DNA of 32,000 nucleotides from positions 4,530,001-4,562,000 of the forward strand of contig NZ_LN831024.1 of the NCBI RefSeq assembly GCF_001457615.1, in the 5' to 3' direction. The position numbers and the translations under genes are program-made. The notes under the pieces were generated by a model, which was not told the DNA's origin, did not search any database, and saw nothing but the letters and a program-made list of their open reading frames with translations. Source of the DNA: Pseudomonas aeruginosa. GTDB lineage: Bacteria > Pseudomonadota > Gammaproteobacteria > Pseudomonadales > Pseudomonadaceae. This document shows positions 1 through 15,003 of the stretch, in pieces (positions within the stretch are counted from its first letter, which is position 1; the number at the start of each line of letters is the position of its first letter).

Positions 1-29
1 CATCGCTCTGGCGCGGGGCCGGCATGGCA

Positions 30-2654
<2,625 letters not shown>

Positions 2655-2695
2655 AGGTTCTTCCACGGAAAATTGGCGGCCACGAATCGCCGGCA

Positions 2696-2719
2696 AAGGG
2701 CCGCATTATATCGGCCCTT
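2696..2719 (-). promoter_or_regulatory. Candidate alaS promoter/operator: perfect TATAAT (minus strand, 2710..2705) inside the 8-bp inverted repeat AAGGGCCG-N8-CGGCCCTT
   Basis: Read directly from the sequence. The -10 hexamer lies about 50 nt upstream of the alaS ATG. No convincing -35 element at 17-bp spacing. Confidence 0.4.
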
Positions 2720-2775
2720 GGGCAAGGTTGTAGTGTATTTGCGCGATAGTTATTGCCTATTGCCGACCTTTTCGC

Positions 2776-3780
2776 TTATGAGCGACGAAAGGCCGCGAAG
2801 GCATCCAGTACTTGTCCTATGGACTCGGCGGAAACGTCCAGGTGGGTGACCAGGCGCAAACGCGCCGCCGCGCTGATCCGCACCTCGCGCTCGGCGAGGA
2901 AGTCGCGCAGCGCGACCGCCCGCTCGCCGACATCGACATAGACCATGTTGGTCTGCACCGGCTCCACCGCATAGCCCAGTTCGCGCAGCCCGTCGCCCAG
3001 GCGCGCGGCGTTGGCGTGGTCGTCGGCCAGGCGTGCCACCTGGTGATCGAGGGCGTACAGGCCGGCAGCCGCCAGCAGACCGGCCTGGCGCATCCCGCCG
3101 CCGACCATCTTGCGCCAGCGACGGGCCTTGCCGATCAGTTCGACGCTGCCGCAAAGCACCGAGCCCACCGGCGCACCGAGGCCCTTGGACAGGCACACCG
3201 ACACCGAGTCGAAGTGCCGGGTGATTTCGCTGGCGTCTACGCCCAGCTTCACCGCCGCGTTGTACAGGCGCGCGCCATCCAGGTGCAGGGCCAGGCCACG
3301 CGCGCGAGTGAAAGCGCGCGCCGCGGCCAGGTAGTCGAGCGGCAGCACCTTGCCCTGCATGGTGTTTTCCAGGGCCAGCAGGCGGGTCCTGGCGAAATGG
3401 AAGTCGTCGGCCTTGATCGCCGCCGCGACCTTGTCCAGGTCGAGCGATCCGTCGGCCTCGCCGTCGATCGGCTGCGGCTGGATCGAGCCCAGCACCGCGG
3501 CACCGCCGCCCTCGTATTTGTAGGTATGCGCCTGCTGGCCGACGATGTATTCGTCGCCGCGCTCGCAGTGGGCCATCAATCCGAGCAGGTTGCTCATGGT
3601 CCCGGTCGGTACGAAGAGCGCCGCGGCGAAGCCCAGGCGCGCCGCCAGTTCGGCCTCCAGGCGGTTGACCGTAGGGTCCTCGCCATAGACGTCGTCGCCC
3701 AGTTCGGCCGCGGCCATGGCTTCGCGCATGCCGGCGGTGGGCTGGGTGACGGTGTCGCTGCGCAGGTCGATGACAGGCAC
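2776..3780 (-). CDS. ltaE: Low-specificity L-threonine aldolase (PLP-dependent), 334 aa
   Basis: ORF 2776..3840(-). Family motifs [22 protein letters not shown] and the PLP-lysine context [17 protein letters not shown] at 3780 is preceded by GAGGAG at 6-nt spacing, so it is preferred over the ORF-track start at 3840. Confidence 0.85.
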   Translation of the reverse strand: MPVIDLRSDTVTQPTAGMREAMAAAELGDDVYGEDPTVNRLEAELAARLGFAAALFVPTGTMSNLLGLMAHCERGDEYIVGQQAHTYKYEGGGAAVLGSIQPQPIDGEADGSLDLDKVAAAIKADDFHFARTRLLALENTMQGKVLPLDYLAAARAFTRARGLALHLDGARLYNAAVKLGVDASEITRHFDSVSVCLSKGLGAPVGSVLCGSVELIGKARRWRKMVGGGMRQAGLLAAAGLYALDHQVARLADDHANAARLGDGLRELGYAVEPVQTNMVYVDVGERAVALRDFLAEREVRISAAARLRLVTHLDVSAESIGQVLDAFAAFRRS

Positions 3781-3847
3781 GGAGGGCTCCTCGGTTCGGC
3801 GGAAAAGCCCGATCCTACGGCGCTCTACCGACAGCCACAAGGGAAGT

Positions 3848-3896
3848 CGGGAAATCTTCCCGGCCGCAACGGAAACGGAGCGCCGAAGCGCTCCGT
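3848..3896 (-). terminator. Two stem-loops downstream of astE: ACGGAGCGC-cgaa-GCGCTCCGT at 3875..3896 and CGGGAA-atc-TTCCCG at 3848..3862. Weak U-tract.
   Basis: Perfect 9-bp and 6-bp stems read from the sequence, located 29 nt after the astE stop. Followed by TTCCGTT rather than a clean T-run. Confidence 0.35.
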
Positions 3897-3924
3897 CATG
3901 ATCGAGAGGGAAGGCCGATACGCC

Positions 3925-4923
3925 TCAGAGCTTGGCCGGCACCACCAGGATTCCGGCACGCAGGCCGTTCTTCACCCGTGGATTGGGGAAGATGATGCGC
4001 GCGCCGACCTCGTCCACCACCCAGCGCGTGCCGCCGATATCCTCGGCCAACAGGTAGCCCGGCGAGAGTTCGGTGAAGTTGGCCACGTCGTCGTCGAGGT
4101 GCAGGCGGAAGTGGTCGCTGTGCTTGATCACCTCGCGCGACACGCTGAACAGCTTGAGGCCGTCGAGCCGGGAGCCGTCCGGCTGTTCCTCGCTGCCGTC
4201 GATCAGCAGCTCCAGGCTCCGCTCCAGGCGCTCCAGGTTGACCTCCTGGTTCTCTCCGAACGGACGTGCCTTGCCCAGTTCCAGGGTAAAGGCCTCGGCG
4301 CCGAGCTGGCCGTAGGTGTAGGCGCTGAAGGTGATGCCCGGCTTGTTCTGCAACAGCACCGCCTCGATGCCGGCGTCGCGCAGGCGGGCCAGTTCGCTGC
4401 GGGAATGCTGGCGGCCCTCGGCCCAGGGGTAGAGGGCGAACTGCTCGATCTTCGAGCCGCGGATCGCGGTATGCAGGTCGTAGTGCAGGTGGACTCGCTC
4501 GGTCTTGCTGAAGAACACCTGGGCCAGGCGCTCCAGCTCGGCGGCACGGAAGGCCTCGTTGCCACTGCCCTCCTCGTGGCGACCGTTGAACAGGCGGTTC
4601 ATGTCCTGTTCGACGTAGCGCTCGCCGCGGCGGATGGCTTCGGGGTTGCCGAACAGGAAGAGGACCCTGGCGGCAGGCTTGAGGGTGCCAGCGGCGACCT
4701 TGCGGATCAGCCGTTCGAGCAGTTCGATGGGCGCGGTCTCGTTGCCGTGGATACCGGCCGAGAGCAACAGGTCGACGCCGTTATCGCGGGCGCCGATCGG
4801 CGTGACTTCCAGCGCGCCCTCGGCCAGCCAGTGCAGGCGGGTGCCGTCGGCGGTGAGCTGGATCTTCTCGGTCGGCTCGCGGCCGGCCAGGGTCAAGTCG
4901 AGCAGTTTGCCGAGGGCGAGCAT
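3925..4923 (-). CDS. astE: Succinylglutamate desuccinylase (AstE/AspA zinc hydrolase family), 332 aa
   Basis: Full ORF. HxxE zinc motif in [11 protein letters not shown]. Last gene of the AST operon context. Confidence 0.93.
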   Translation of the reverse strand: MLALGKLLDLTLAGREPTEKIQLTADGTRLHWLAEGALEVTPIGARDNGVDLLLSAGIHGNETAPIELLERLIRKVAAGTLKPAARVLFLFGNPEAIRRGERYVEQDMNRLFNGRHEEGSGNEAFRAAELERLAQVFFSKTERVHLHYDLHTAIRGSKIEQFALYPWAEGRQHSRSELARLRDAGIEAVLLQNKPGITFSAYTYGQLGAEAFTLELGKARPFGENQEVNLERLERSLELLIDGSEEQPDGSRLDGLKLFSVSREVIKHSDHFRLHLDDDVANFTELSPGYLLAEDIGGTRWVVDEVGARIIFPNPRVKNGLRAGILVVPAKL

Positions 4924-4936
4924 GGGATGTCCTCAG

Positions 4937-5227
4937 TCAGTGGGTGTGGTCGCAGCCGCAGTCGGGGCCGTGCTCGTGGTCGTCGCCCTCTTCGATCGGC
5001 TCCATCTCCAGTTGCAGGCTGACCAGGTTGGTCGCCATCGGCCGCAGCAGCAGGTTGGTGTATTCGGTATCGCCGTCTTCGACGTCGACGCCGATCAGCA
5101 ACTGGCCGTTGCCGGCTTGCTGGACCCACACTTCCTTGCCCTGCCAGACCACGGCGAAACGGGTGCAGGAAGTTTCCAGCTGGGTGCCGTCGGTATCTTC
5201 GAGGATCAGTTGCAGGCTATCGGACAT
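4937..5227 (-). CDS. Small acidic hypothetical protein (96 aa) with C-terminal His/Cys/Asp cluster DHEHGPDCGCDHTH
   Basis: ORF 4937..5227(-), placed 13 nt after the astB stop and 13 nt before the astE start on the same strand. Fits the operon layout. I did not recognise a domain. Confidence 0.7.
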   Translation of the reverse strand: MSDSLQLILEDTDGTQLETSCTRFAVVWQGKEVWVQQAGNGQLLIGVDVEDGDTEYTNLLLRPMATNLVSLQLEMEPIEEGDDHEHGPDCGCDHTH

Positions 5228-5240
5228 GGTGGCGAGGCTC

Positions 5241-8092
<2,852 letters not shown>

Positions 8093-9115
8093 TCAACCGC
8101 GCTTCTGCGCCGACAGCGGCACCGCGCGTACCGAGGCGCCGGCCGACAGGCGCAGGCGCTTGGCAGTCAGCGGATCGACCACCAGGGTGCCGGCGGCGGC
8201 CCGCGCCGGCGCGGCGGTGATGCGACAGTCTTCGCGCTTGCGGTTGTGGATCAGGTAGGGCTCGGCGTCGTCGCCGGGAGTGCCCACCGCCAGCACCAGG
8301 TTCTGGCTCTCGGCGATGGCGCGGATCTTGTCGGTCTCGGCCTCGATCGCCGGGCCGGCGTCGAAGATGTCGACGTAGCCCTGGTAGCTGAAGCCCTCGG
8401 CCTTGAGCATGGCCAGCGCCGGCTCGGTGTTCGGATGGACGCGGCCGATCACCCCGCGCGCCTCCTCGGAGAGGAAGCAGGTATAGAGCGGGAACTTCGG
8501 CATCAGCTCGGCGATGAAGGCCTTGTTGCCGACCCCGGTGAGGTAGTCGGCCTGGGAGAATTCCATCTTGAAGAAGTGCCGGCCGAGGCTTTCCCAGAAT
8601 GGCGAACGCCCCTCCTCGTCGGACATGCCGCGCATCTCGGCGATCAGCTTGTCGCCGAACAGGTGGCGGAATTCGGCGATGAACAGGAAGCGCGCGCGCG
8701 ACAGCAGCTTGCCGTTGAGGCCGCTGCGGTGGTCGGCGTGGAGGAACAGCGAGCACAGCTCGGAATTGCCGGTCAGGTCGTTGGCCAGGAACAGCGTGGG
8801 GATCTCGCGATGGATGTTGAGTTCCTGCGAGGCGCTCACGGTGAGGCCGACCCGGTAGTTGTACCAGGGTTCGCGAAGCCCCACCGCTCCGGCGATGGCG
8901 GAGATGCCGACGACCTTGCCGGCGTCGTCCTCGAGGACGAACAGGTAGTCGGCGTCGCCGCGTTCGGCCTCGCCGCGGAAGGCCTTCTCGGCCCAGCTGA
9001 CGCGATGCTGCAGGCGCTGCTCGTTGGCCGGCAGGGTGGTCAGGCCGGTGCCGGTGCTGCGCGCCAGCTCGATCAGGGCCGGCAGGTCGGCGCTGGTAAC
9101 AGGACGTACGATCAT
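8093..9115 (-). CDS. aruG: Arginine/ornithine N-succinyltransferase subunit (AstA family), 340 aa
   Basis: Full ORF. Clear paralogue of the upstream gene: MIVRPVTSADLP...LP here versus MLVMRPAQAADLP...LP there. AST operon context. Confidence 0.92.
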   Translation of the reverse strand: MIVRPVTSADLPALIELARSTGTGLTTLPANEQRLQHRVSWAEKAFRGEAERGDADYLFVLEDDAGKVVGISAIAGAVGLREPWYNYRVGLTVSASQELNIHREIPTLFLANDLTGNSELCSLFLHADHRSGLNGKLLSRARFLFIAEFRHLFGDKLIAEMRGMSDEEGRSPFWESLGRHFFKMEFSQADYLTGVGNKAFIAELMPKFPLYTCFLSEEARGVIGRVHPNTEPALAMLKAEGFSYQGYVDIFDAGPAIEAETDKIRAIAESQNLVLAVGTPGDDAEPYLIHNRKREDCRITAAPARAAAGTLVVDPLTAKRLRLSAGASVRAVPLSAQKRG

Positions 9116-9126
9116 GACTGGCTCCT

Positions 9127-10143
9127 TCAGACCGCTACCAGGCGCACGCTGGCGCCTTCGCCGACGCCCAGGGCCTCGGCGGCTTCAACACTCAGGGCCA
9201 CCGGCTTGCCGGGCGCCCAGTCCAGGTCCAGCACGACCGCGCGGAAGTCCTGCAACTGGCCGTTGGTGACCAGGTATGGACGCCCGCTCTTCGGCGCCTC
9301 GCCGATCTTCACCGGAACCACCCGGCTCTGGGCGATCGAGCGAATCCCCGAGGTACGCGCGTGCAGGGTCGGGCCGCCATCGAAGATGTCGATGTAGTTG
9401 TCGGTCTCGAAGCCTTCGCGCATCAGGATATCGAAGGTGATCTGCGCTCGCGGGTGGACCTGGCCCATGGACTCCTGGGCGGCATCCGGCAACAGTGGCA
9501 CATAGATCGGATAGTGCGGCATCAGTTCGGCGAGGAAGGTGCGGCTCTTCAGCCCGGAGAGCTTTTCCGCCTCGATGTAGTTCAGGTCGAAGAAGTTGCG
9601 CCCGACCGCGTTCCAGAACGGCGATTCGCCCTGCTCGTCGCTGTAGCCGACGATCTCCACCACCACCGCGTCGGCGAAGCGCTCCGGATGGCTGGCCATG
9701 AACAGCAGGCGACCGCGCGAGTTGAGTTCGGCGTAGACGCTCTGCACCAGGTCGCGCTGTACGTAGAAACTGGTCAGCAGACTGTTGCCGGTAAGGTCGT
9801 GGCACAGCGAGAGGACATGGATCTTGTTGTGGATCGACAGCGAGCGCGAGGCGTGCACGAAGGTTTCGTTGCGGAAGCTGTAGAACGGTTCCGAGAACCC
9901 GGCCGAGGCGACGATCGCCGAGCAGCCGACCAGCTCGCCGCTGGCGCTGTCCTCGAGGACGAAGAAATAGCTTTCCTCGCCGTTGTAGCTCACCTCCGCG
10001 GCGAACGAGGCCTCGGAAGCGAGGATCTTGTCGCGCAGGCGTTCGGCGTCATCCGGCAAGGACGTGACGCCTACCGGGCTGTCCGCCGCCAGACGCTGCA
10101 CCTGTGGCAGGTCGGCCGCTTGGGCGGGGCGCATCACCAACAT
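9127..10143 (-). CDS. aruF: Arginine/ornithine N-succinyltransferase subunit (AstA family), 338 aa
   Basis: Full ORF. Strong SD AAGGAG upstream of ATG 10143. Tandem paralogue of aruG. Confidence 0.92.
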   Translation of the reverse strand: MLVMRPAQAADLPQVQRLAADSPVGVTSLPDDAERLRDKILASEASFAAEVSYNGEESYFFVLEDSASGELVGCSAIVASAGFSEPFYSFRNETFVHASRSLSIHNKIHVLSLCHDLTGNSLLTSFYVQRDLVQSVYAELNSRGRLLFMASHPERFADAVVVEIVGYSDEQGESPFWNAVGRNFFDLNYIEAEKLSGLKSRTFLAELMPHYPIYVPLLPDAAQESMGQVHPRAQITFDILMREGFETDNYIDIFDGGPTLHARTSGIRSIAQSRVVPVKIGEAPKSGRPYLVTNGQLQDFRAVVLDLDWAPGKPVALSVEAAEALGVGEGASVRLVAV

Positions 10144-10308
10144 GGCGTCACTCCTTTCTCAGACAACGATGATTGCCGCATCCATGCGCGGGACCGCGGC
10201 ACCTTCCTGTGCCACGGTTTCGAACGTCCAGCAGGGAAGATCCCGCGCCACGCACGGCGGCACGGTTCCCGGCTCCGGCGCGGGCCGCTCCGGGATGTCG
10301 CATCGGGT

Positions 10309-10328
10309 GCCCCGGCCTGCGCCGGGGC
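10309..10328 (-). terminator. GC stem-loop GCCCCGGC-ctgc-GCCGGGGC, 13 nt after the aruC stop, no U-tract. Probable intra-operon attenuating or stabilising hairpin.
   Basis: Perfect 8-bp stem with a 4-nt loop, read from the sequence. It lies in the 198-bp aruC-aruF spacer. Confidence 0.4.
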
Positions 10329-10341
10329 CCCGTGGGTTCGC

Positions 10342-11649
<1,308 letters not shown>

Positions 11650-11674
11650 TTATAGCGCCAACCCGGGAATTTCC

Positions 11675-11695
11675 GCGGCTTTCGGAAATGCGACA
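11675..11695 (-). promoter_or_regulatory. ArgR half-site, exact match to TGTCGC-N8-AA-N5 (TGTCGCATTTCCGAAAGCCGC), distal to aruC
   Basis: Minus-strand read of 11695..11675, 113-133 nt upstream of the aruC ATG. Confidence 0.6.
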
Positions 11696-11791
11696 GAAAG
11701 CATCGGGAAGGCGCAGTGTAAACGCGCGATGCACTCGGGTGCATACTTCTTCTACGCCGCCCCGCGGGCGGGAACAGCAGGGAAACAAGCC

Positions 11792-12052
11792 ATGCCCATC
11801 GAGGGAATCGACTACCGTCTCGTCTTCGCCTCCGACGTCAATCCGCGCGACGGCCTCGGCCTGGAGTGCTGGCGCGGCGAACAGCCGCTGTTCGAGGTCT
11901 TTCGCGACGACGCCGGCCGGCGTTTCGTGGTCAACCTGTTCGCCAGCGACGTTCCGCTGGAACTGCTGGAGGCGATCATTCCGACGGCCCGTCGCGAACT
12001 CGGCGACTTCCCGAGGCGATCCGCCTCCCGGGGCGTCGCAAAGCCCGGCTGA
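11792..12052 (+). CDS. Small hypothetical protein, 86 aa, divergent from aruC
   Basis: Part of ORF 11612..12052(+). ATG at 11792 (MPIEGIDYRLVF...) is preceded by AGGGA about 10 nt upstream. The upstream extension starts at TTG and overlaps the ArgR boxes. No recognisable domain. Confidence 0.55.
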   Translation: MPIEGIDYRLVFASDVNPRDGLGLECWRGEQPLFEVFRDDAGRRFVVNLFASDVPLELLEAIIPTARRELGDFPRRSASRGVAKPG

Positions 12053-12072
12053 AACCGCCGCGCCGTTGGCGA

Positions 12073-13062
12073 TCAGCCGCGTTCGACGGGAGTGAAGGTC
12101 GTCTCGAAGGCGCTGCCGCCGCGCCGCTGGTTGCGGTCCTCGCGCGGAGTGACGCCGAAGAAGTTGCGGTAGGCGCTGGAGAAATGCGGCCCGGAAGAGA
12201 AACCGCAGGACAGGCCGATCTGGATGATCGACTTGCTGGTCTGCATCAGCATCTGCCGCGCGCGGTTCAGGCGCAGCTCCAGGTAGTACTGGCTGGGTAC
12301 GCGGTTCAGGTATTGCTTGAAGATCCGTTCCAACTGGCGCCGCGAAACACACACATGCTGGGCGATCTCGTCGGTGGTCAGTGGCTCCTCGATATTGGCT
12401 TCCATCAGCAGTACCGCCTGGGTCAGCTTCGGATGGCTGGAGCCGAGGCGATTCTTCAGCGGGATGCGCTGGCGCTCGTTGCCTTCGCGAATGCGCTCCA
12501 CCACCAGCTCTTCCGAGACCGCGCCGGCCAGTTCAGCGCCATGGTCGCGGGACAGCAGCGCCAGCAGCAGGTCGAGTACCGCCATGCCGCCGCAGGCGGT
12601 CATGCGGTCGCGATCCCACTCGAACAGGTGGTTGGTGGCGATGACCTTGGGGAAGCGCTCGGTGAAGTCATCGTGCCAACGCCAGTGCACCGCGGCGCGA
12701 TAACCGTCGAGCAGGCCGAGCTGGGCCAGCGGGTAGATGCCGGCGGACAGCGCGCCGATCGCCGCTCCCGAACGCGCCAGTTGCTTGAGCGCCAGGCCCA
12801 GCGCTGGCGACACCGCCGCCGGCGCCTCGTCGGCGACCAGGAACAGCCGCGAGCATTGCTCCAGCCTGCCGTTCCAGGCCGTTCCCGGCAGGCGCCAGCC
12901 CTCCTCTTCGGCCGGCGCTTCGGCGAGCAGGAACAGCGGCTCGTAGAGCGCCTCGGGGTGCAACCGCCGGGCCGCCCGCAGGGCTTCCTCGGCAAGCGAT
13001 AGCGTCAGCGCGCGGGTGGCGGGCCAGAGGAGGAAACCGATGCGTTGGGGTTGGGCAGTCAT
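12073..13062 (-). CDS. argR: Arginine-responsive AraC/XylS-family regulator ArgR, 329 aa
   Basis: Full ORF. C-terminal AraC double HTH (TTDEIAQHVCVSRRQLERIFKQYL ... IGLSCGFSSGPHFSSAYRNFFGVTPRE). N-terminal DJ-1/GATase1-like domain. Last gene of the aot operon. Confidence 0.93.
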   Translation of the reverse strand: MTAQPQRIGFLLWPATRALTLSLAEEALRAARRLHPEALYEPLFLLAEAPAEEEGWRLPGTAWNGRLEQCSRLFLVADEAPAAVSPALGLALKQLARSGAAIGALSAGIYPLAQLGLLDGYRAAVHWRWHDDFTERFPKVIATNHLFEWDRDRMTACGGMAVLDLLLALLSRDHGAELAGAVSEELVVERIREGNERQRIPLKNRLGSSHPKLTQAVLLMEANIEEPLTTDEIAQHVCVSRRQLERIFKQYLNRVPSQYYLELRLNRARQMLMQTSKSIIQIGLSCGFSSGPHFSSAYRNFFGVTPREDRNQRRGGSAFETTFTPVERG

Positions 13063-13094
13063 GGGAGCAGCTTAGCCGGCCTCTGCGATGAATG

Positions 13095-13859
13095 TTACTT
13101 GAGGCTGCCGGAGAGGAACTGCTTGAGGCGGTCCGACTGCGGGTTGGCGAGGACTTCCTTCGGGCAGCCGTGTTCCTCGACCAGGCCCTTGTGCAGGAAC
13201 ACCAACTGGTTCGACACCTCGCGGGCGAAACCCATCTCGTGGGTCACCACCACCATGGTGCGGCCTTCCTGGGCCAGGTCCTGCATGACCTTCAGCACTT
13301 CGCCCACCAGCTCGGGGTCGAGCGCCGAGGTCGGCTCGTCGAACAGCATCACTTCCGGCTCCACCGCCAGCGCCCGGGCGATCGCCACGCGCTGCTGCTC
13401 GCCGCCGCTCATGTGCGCCGGGTAGGCGTCCTTGCGGTGCGCCACGCCGACCTTGGCCAGGTAGTGCTCGGCCTTCTCGATGGCTTCCTTCTTCGACACG
13501 CCGAGCACATGCACGGGCGCCTCGATGACGTTCTCCAGAGCGCTCATGTGCGACCACAGGTTGAAATGCTGGAACACCATCGACAGGCGCGAGCGCATAC
13601 GCTGCAACTGGCGAGAGTCGGCGGCCTTCAGCGCGCCGTCGCGGCCGGGCACCAGCTTCAGCTCCTCGCCGTTGAGCAGGATCTTGCCGGCGTGCGGCTG
13701 TTCCAGCAGGTTGATGCAGCGCAGGAAGGTGCTCTTGCCGGAACCGCTCGAGCCGATGATGCTGATCACGTCGCCCGCTTTCGCCGCCAGCGAGACGCCC
13801 TTGAGCACCTCGTGGCTACCGTAGCGCTTGTGCAGGTCTTGGACTTCCAGTTTGTACAT
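13095..13859 (-). CDS. aotP: Arginine/ornithine ABC transporter ATP-binding protein, 254 aa
   Basis: Walker A GSSGSGKST, ABC signature MSGGEQQR, Walker B VMLFDEPTSALD. Confidence 0.95.
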   Translation of the reverse strand: MYKLEVQDLHKRYGSHEVLKGVSLAAKAGDVISIIGSSGSGKSTFLRCINLLEQPHAGKILLNGEELKLVPGRDGALKAADSRQLQRMRSRLSMVFQHFNLWSHMSALENVIEAPVHVLGVSKKEAIEKAEHYLAKVGVAHRKDAYPAHMSGGEQQRVAIARALAVEPEVMLFDEPTSALDPELVGEVLKVMQDLAQEGRTMVVVTHEMGFAREVSNQLVFLHKGLVEEHGCPKEVLANPQSDRLKQFLSGSLK

Positions 13860-13877
13860 GTGTGTGTTCTCGGCTAA

Positions 13878-14990
13878 TCAGTCGCTGAGCAAGCGTCCCT
13901 GACGGATCGGTTGACGACCGGCCACCTTGGCCAGCCAGAGTCCCGGCTGCGCGTAGCGCATCCGTTCGATGGCGAAAAGCACGCCGGAAACCCCGGCGCA
14001 CACGGTGCTGGCACGGTCGGCCAGGGGATCGATGACCTGGAACAGCGGTTCGCCCGCCTCCACCCATTCGCCCGGCCGGCGCAGGAAACTCACCACGCCG
14101 GTATGCGGCGCGTGGACGTATTCGGTGCCTTCGAAGGGCAAGCCTTCGCAGCAGGCTTCGGGCGCCGCCGGCCATTCGCCCTCGACGAAGCCCTGCTCGG
14201 CGAGGAAGGCCAGGATCGCCGCGGCGTTGGCCTCGGCCTGCTGCGCCGTGGTATCGGCCTGGCCGCCGAGTTCGACGGTGGTCGCCAGGCAGGCCAGCGG
14301 CAGCTCGGCGCGCGGATACAGGCGCGACAGGCGCAGCCACGGCACCGAGCAGGCCTCGTCGAAGGAACCGCCGCCGGACTCCTCGGCGAGCAGCCCGACA
14401 GCGGCGCCCAGGCGTGCGGCCAGGGAGGCGAAGGTGGGCCATTGTTGCGGCAGGGTATAGAGATGGATGGCGGCCTCGAAGTCGCAATGCAGGTCGAGCA
14501 CCAGGTCGGCGTCGCAGGCGTGGCGATAGAGCACGCGCTGCATGCCCTCCAGTTCCGAGGTCGCCGGCGGCAGGGCGTCCAGCGCCGCGCGCAGGGCCTG
14601 GCGGACCAGCGCGACATTGGCCGCCGGATCGCTGCCGAGACGCTCGCCGACGCTGTCGATCACCGCGTCCAGCAGGTCGGGGAAATCGCGATTGAAGTTG
14701 CGCCCGCTGCTCATTTCGAAGCGCCCCTGGTGCAGCGCCTGGATCATCTGCCCGAGACCGACCGGATTGGCCACCGGCACCAGCTCGACGGTGCCGCGCA
14801 GGCGGCCTTCCGCCTCCAGCAGGCGCAACCGCTGCTTCAGCTCCCAGGCGGTGCGCATGCCCGGCAGCTCGTCGGCGTGCAGGCTGGACTGGATGTAGAC
14901 CTTGCGCGCGCCGCAGCCGAAGCGGAACACGCTCAGGCGCTTCTCGCTTCCCAGGGTGCTCCACGGCAGCAGGTGGTCGATACGCTCCAT
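13878..14990 (-). CDS. aotO: Succinylglutamate desuccinylase/aspartoacylase (AstE/AspA) family protein inside the transport operon, 370 aa
   Basis: ORF 13878..15050(-). ATG at 14990 (MERIDHLLPW...) is preceded by GGAGGA at 4-nt spacing. The ORF-track start is a TTG that overlaps the aotM 3' end. HxxE motif in SSLHADELPG. Confidence 0.85.
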   Translation of the reverse strand: MERIDHLLPWSTLGSEKRLSVFRFGCGARKVYIQSSLHADELPGMRTAWELKQRLRLLEAEGRLRGTVELVPVANPVGLGQMIQALHQGRFEMSSGRNFNRDFPDLLDAVIDSVGERLGSDPAANVALVRQALRAALDALPPATSELEGMQRVLYRHACDADLVLDLHCDFEAAIHLYTLPQQWPTFASLAARLGAAVGLLAEESGGGSFDEACSVPWLRLSRLYPRAELPLACLATTVELGGQADTTAQQAEANAAAILAFLAEQGFVEGEWPAAPEACCEGLPFEGTEYVHAPHTGVVSFLRRPGEWVEAGEPLFQVIDPLADRASTVCAGVSGVLFAIERMRYAQPGLWLAKVAGRQPIRQGRLLSD

Positions 14991-15003
14991 GCGGTCCTCC
15001 GGA

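Noticed and set aside
2767-2791. Imperfect hairpin overlapping the threonine aldolase stop codon (CCTTT-TCGC ... GCGA-cg-AAAGG).
   Set aside because: The stem is interrupted by a bulge and followed by no T-run. It is not convincing as a terminator.
10199-10214. Sigma-54-like element TGGCAC-aggaa-GGTGC on the minus strand in the aruC-aruF spacer.
   Set aside because: GG and GC are separated by 11 nt instead of the strict 10 nt, and the -12 element is not TTGC. Not enough to call an RpoN promoter.
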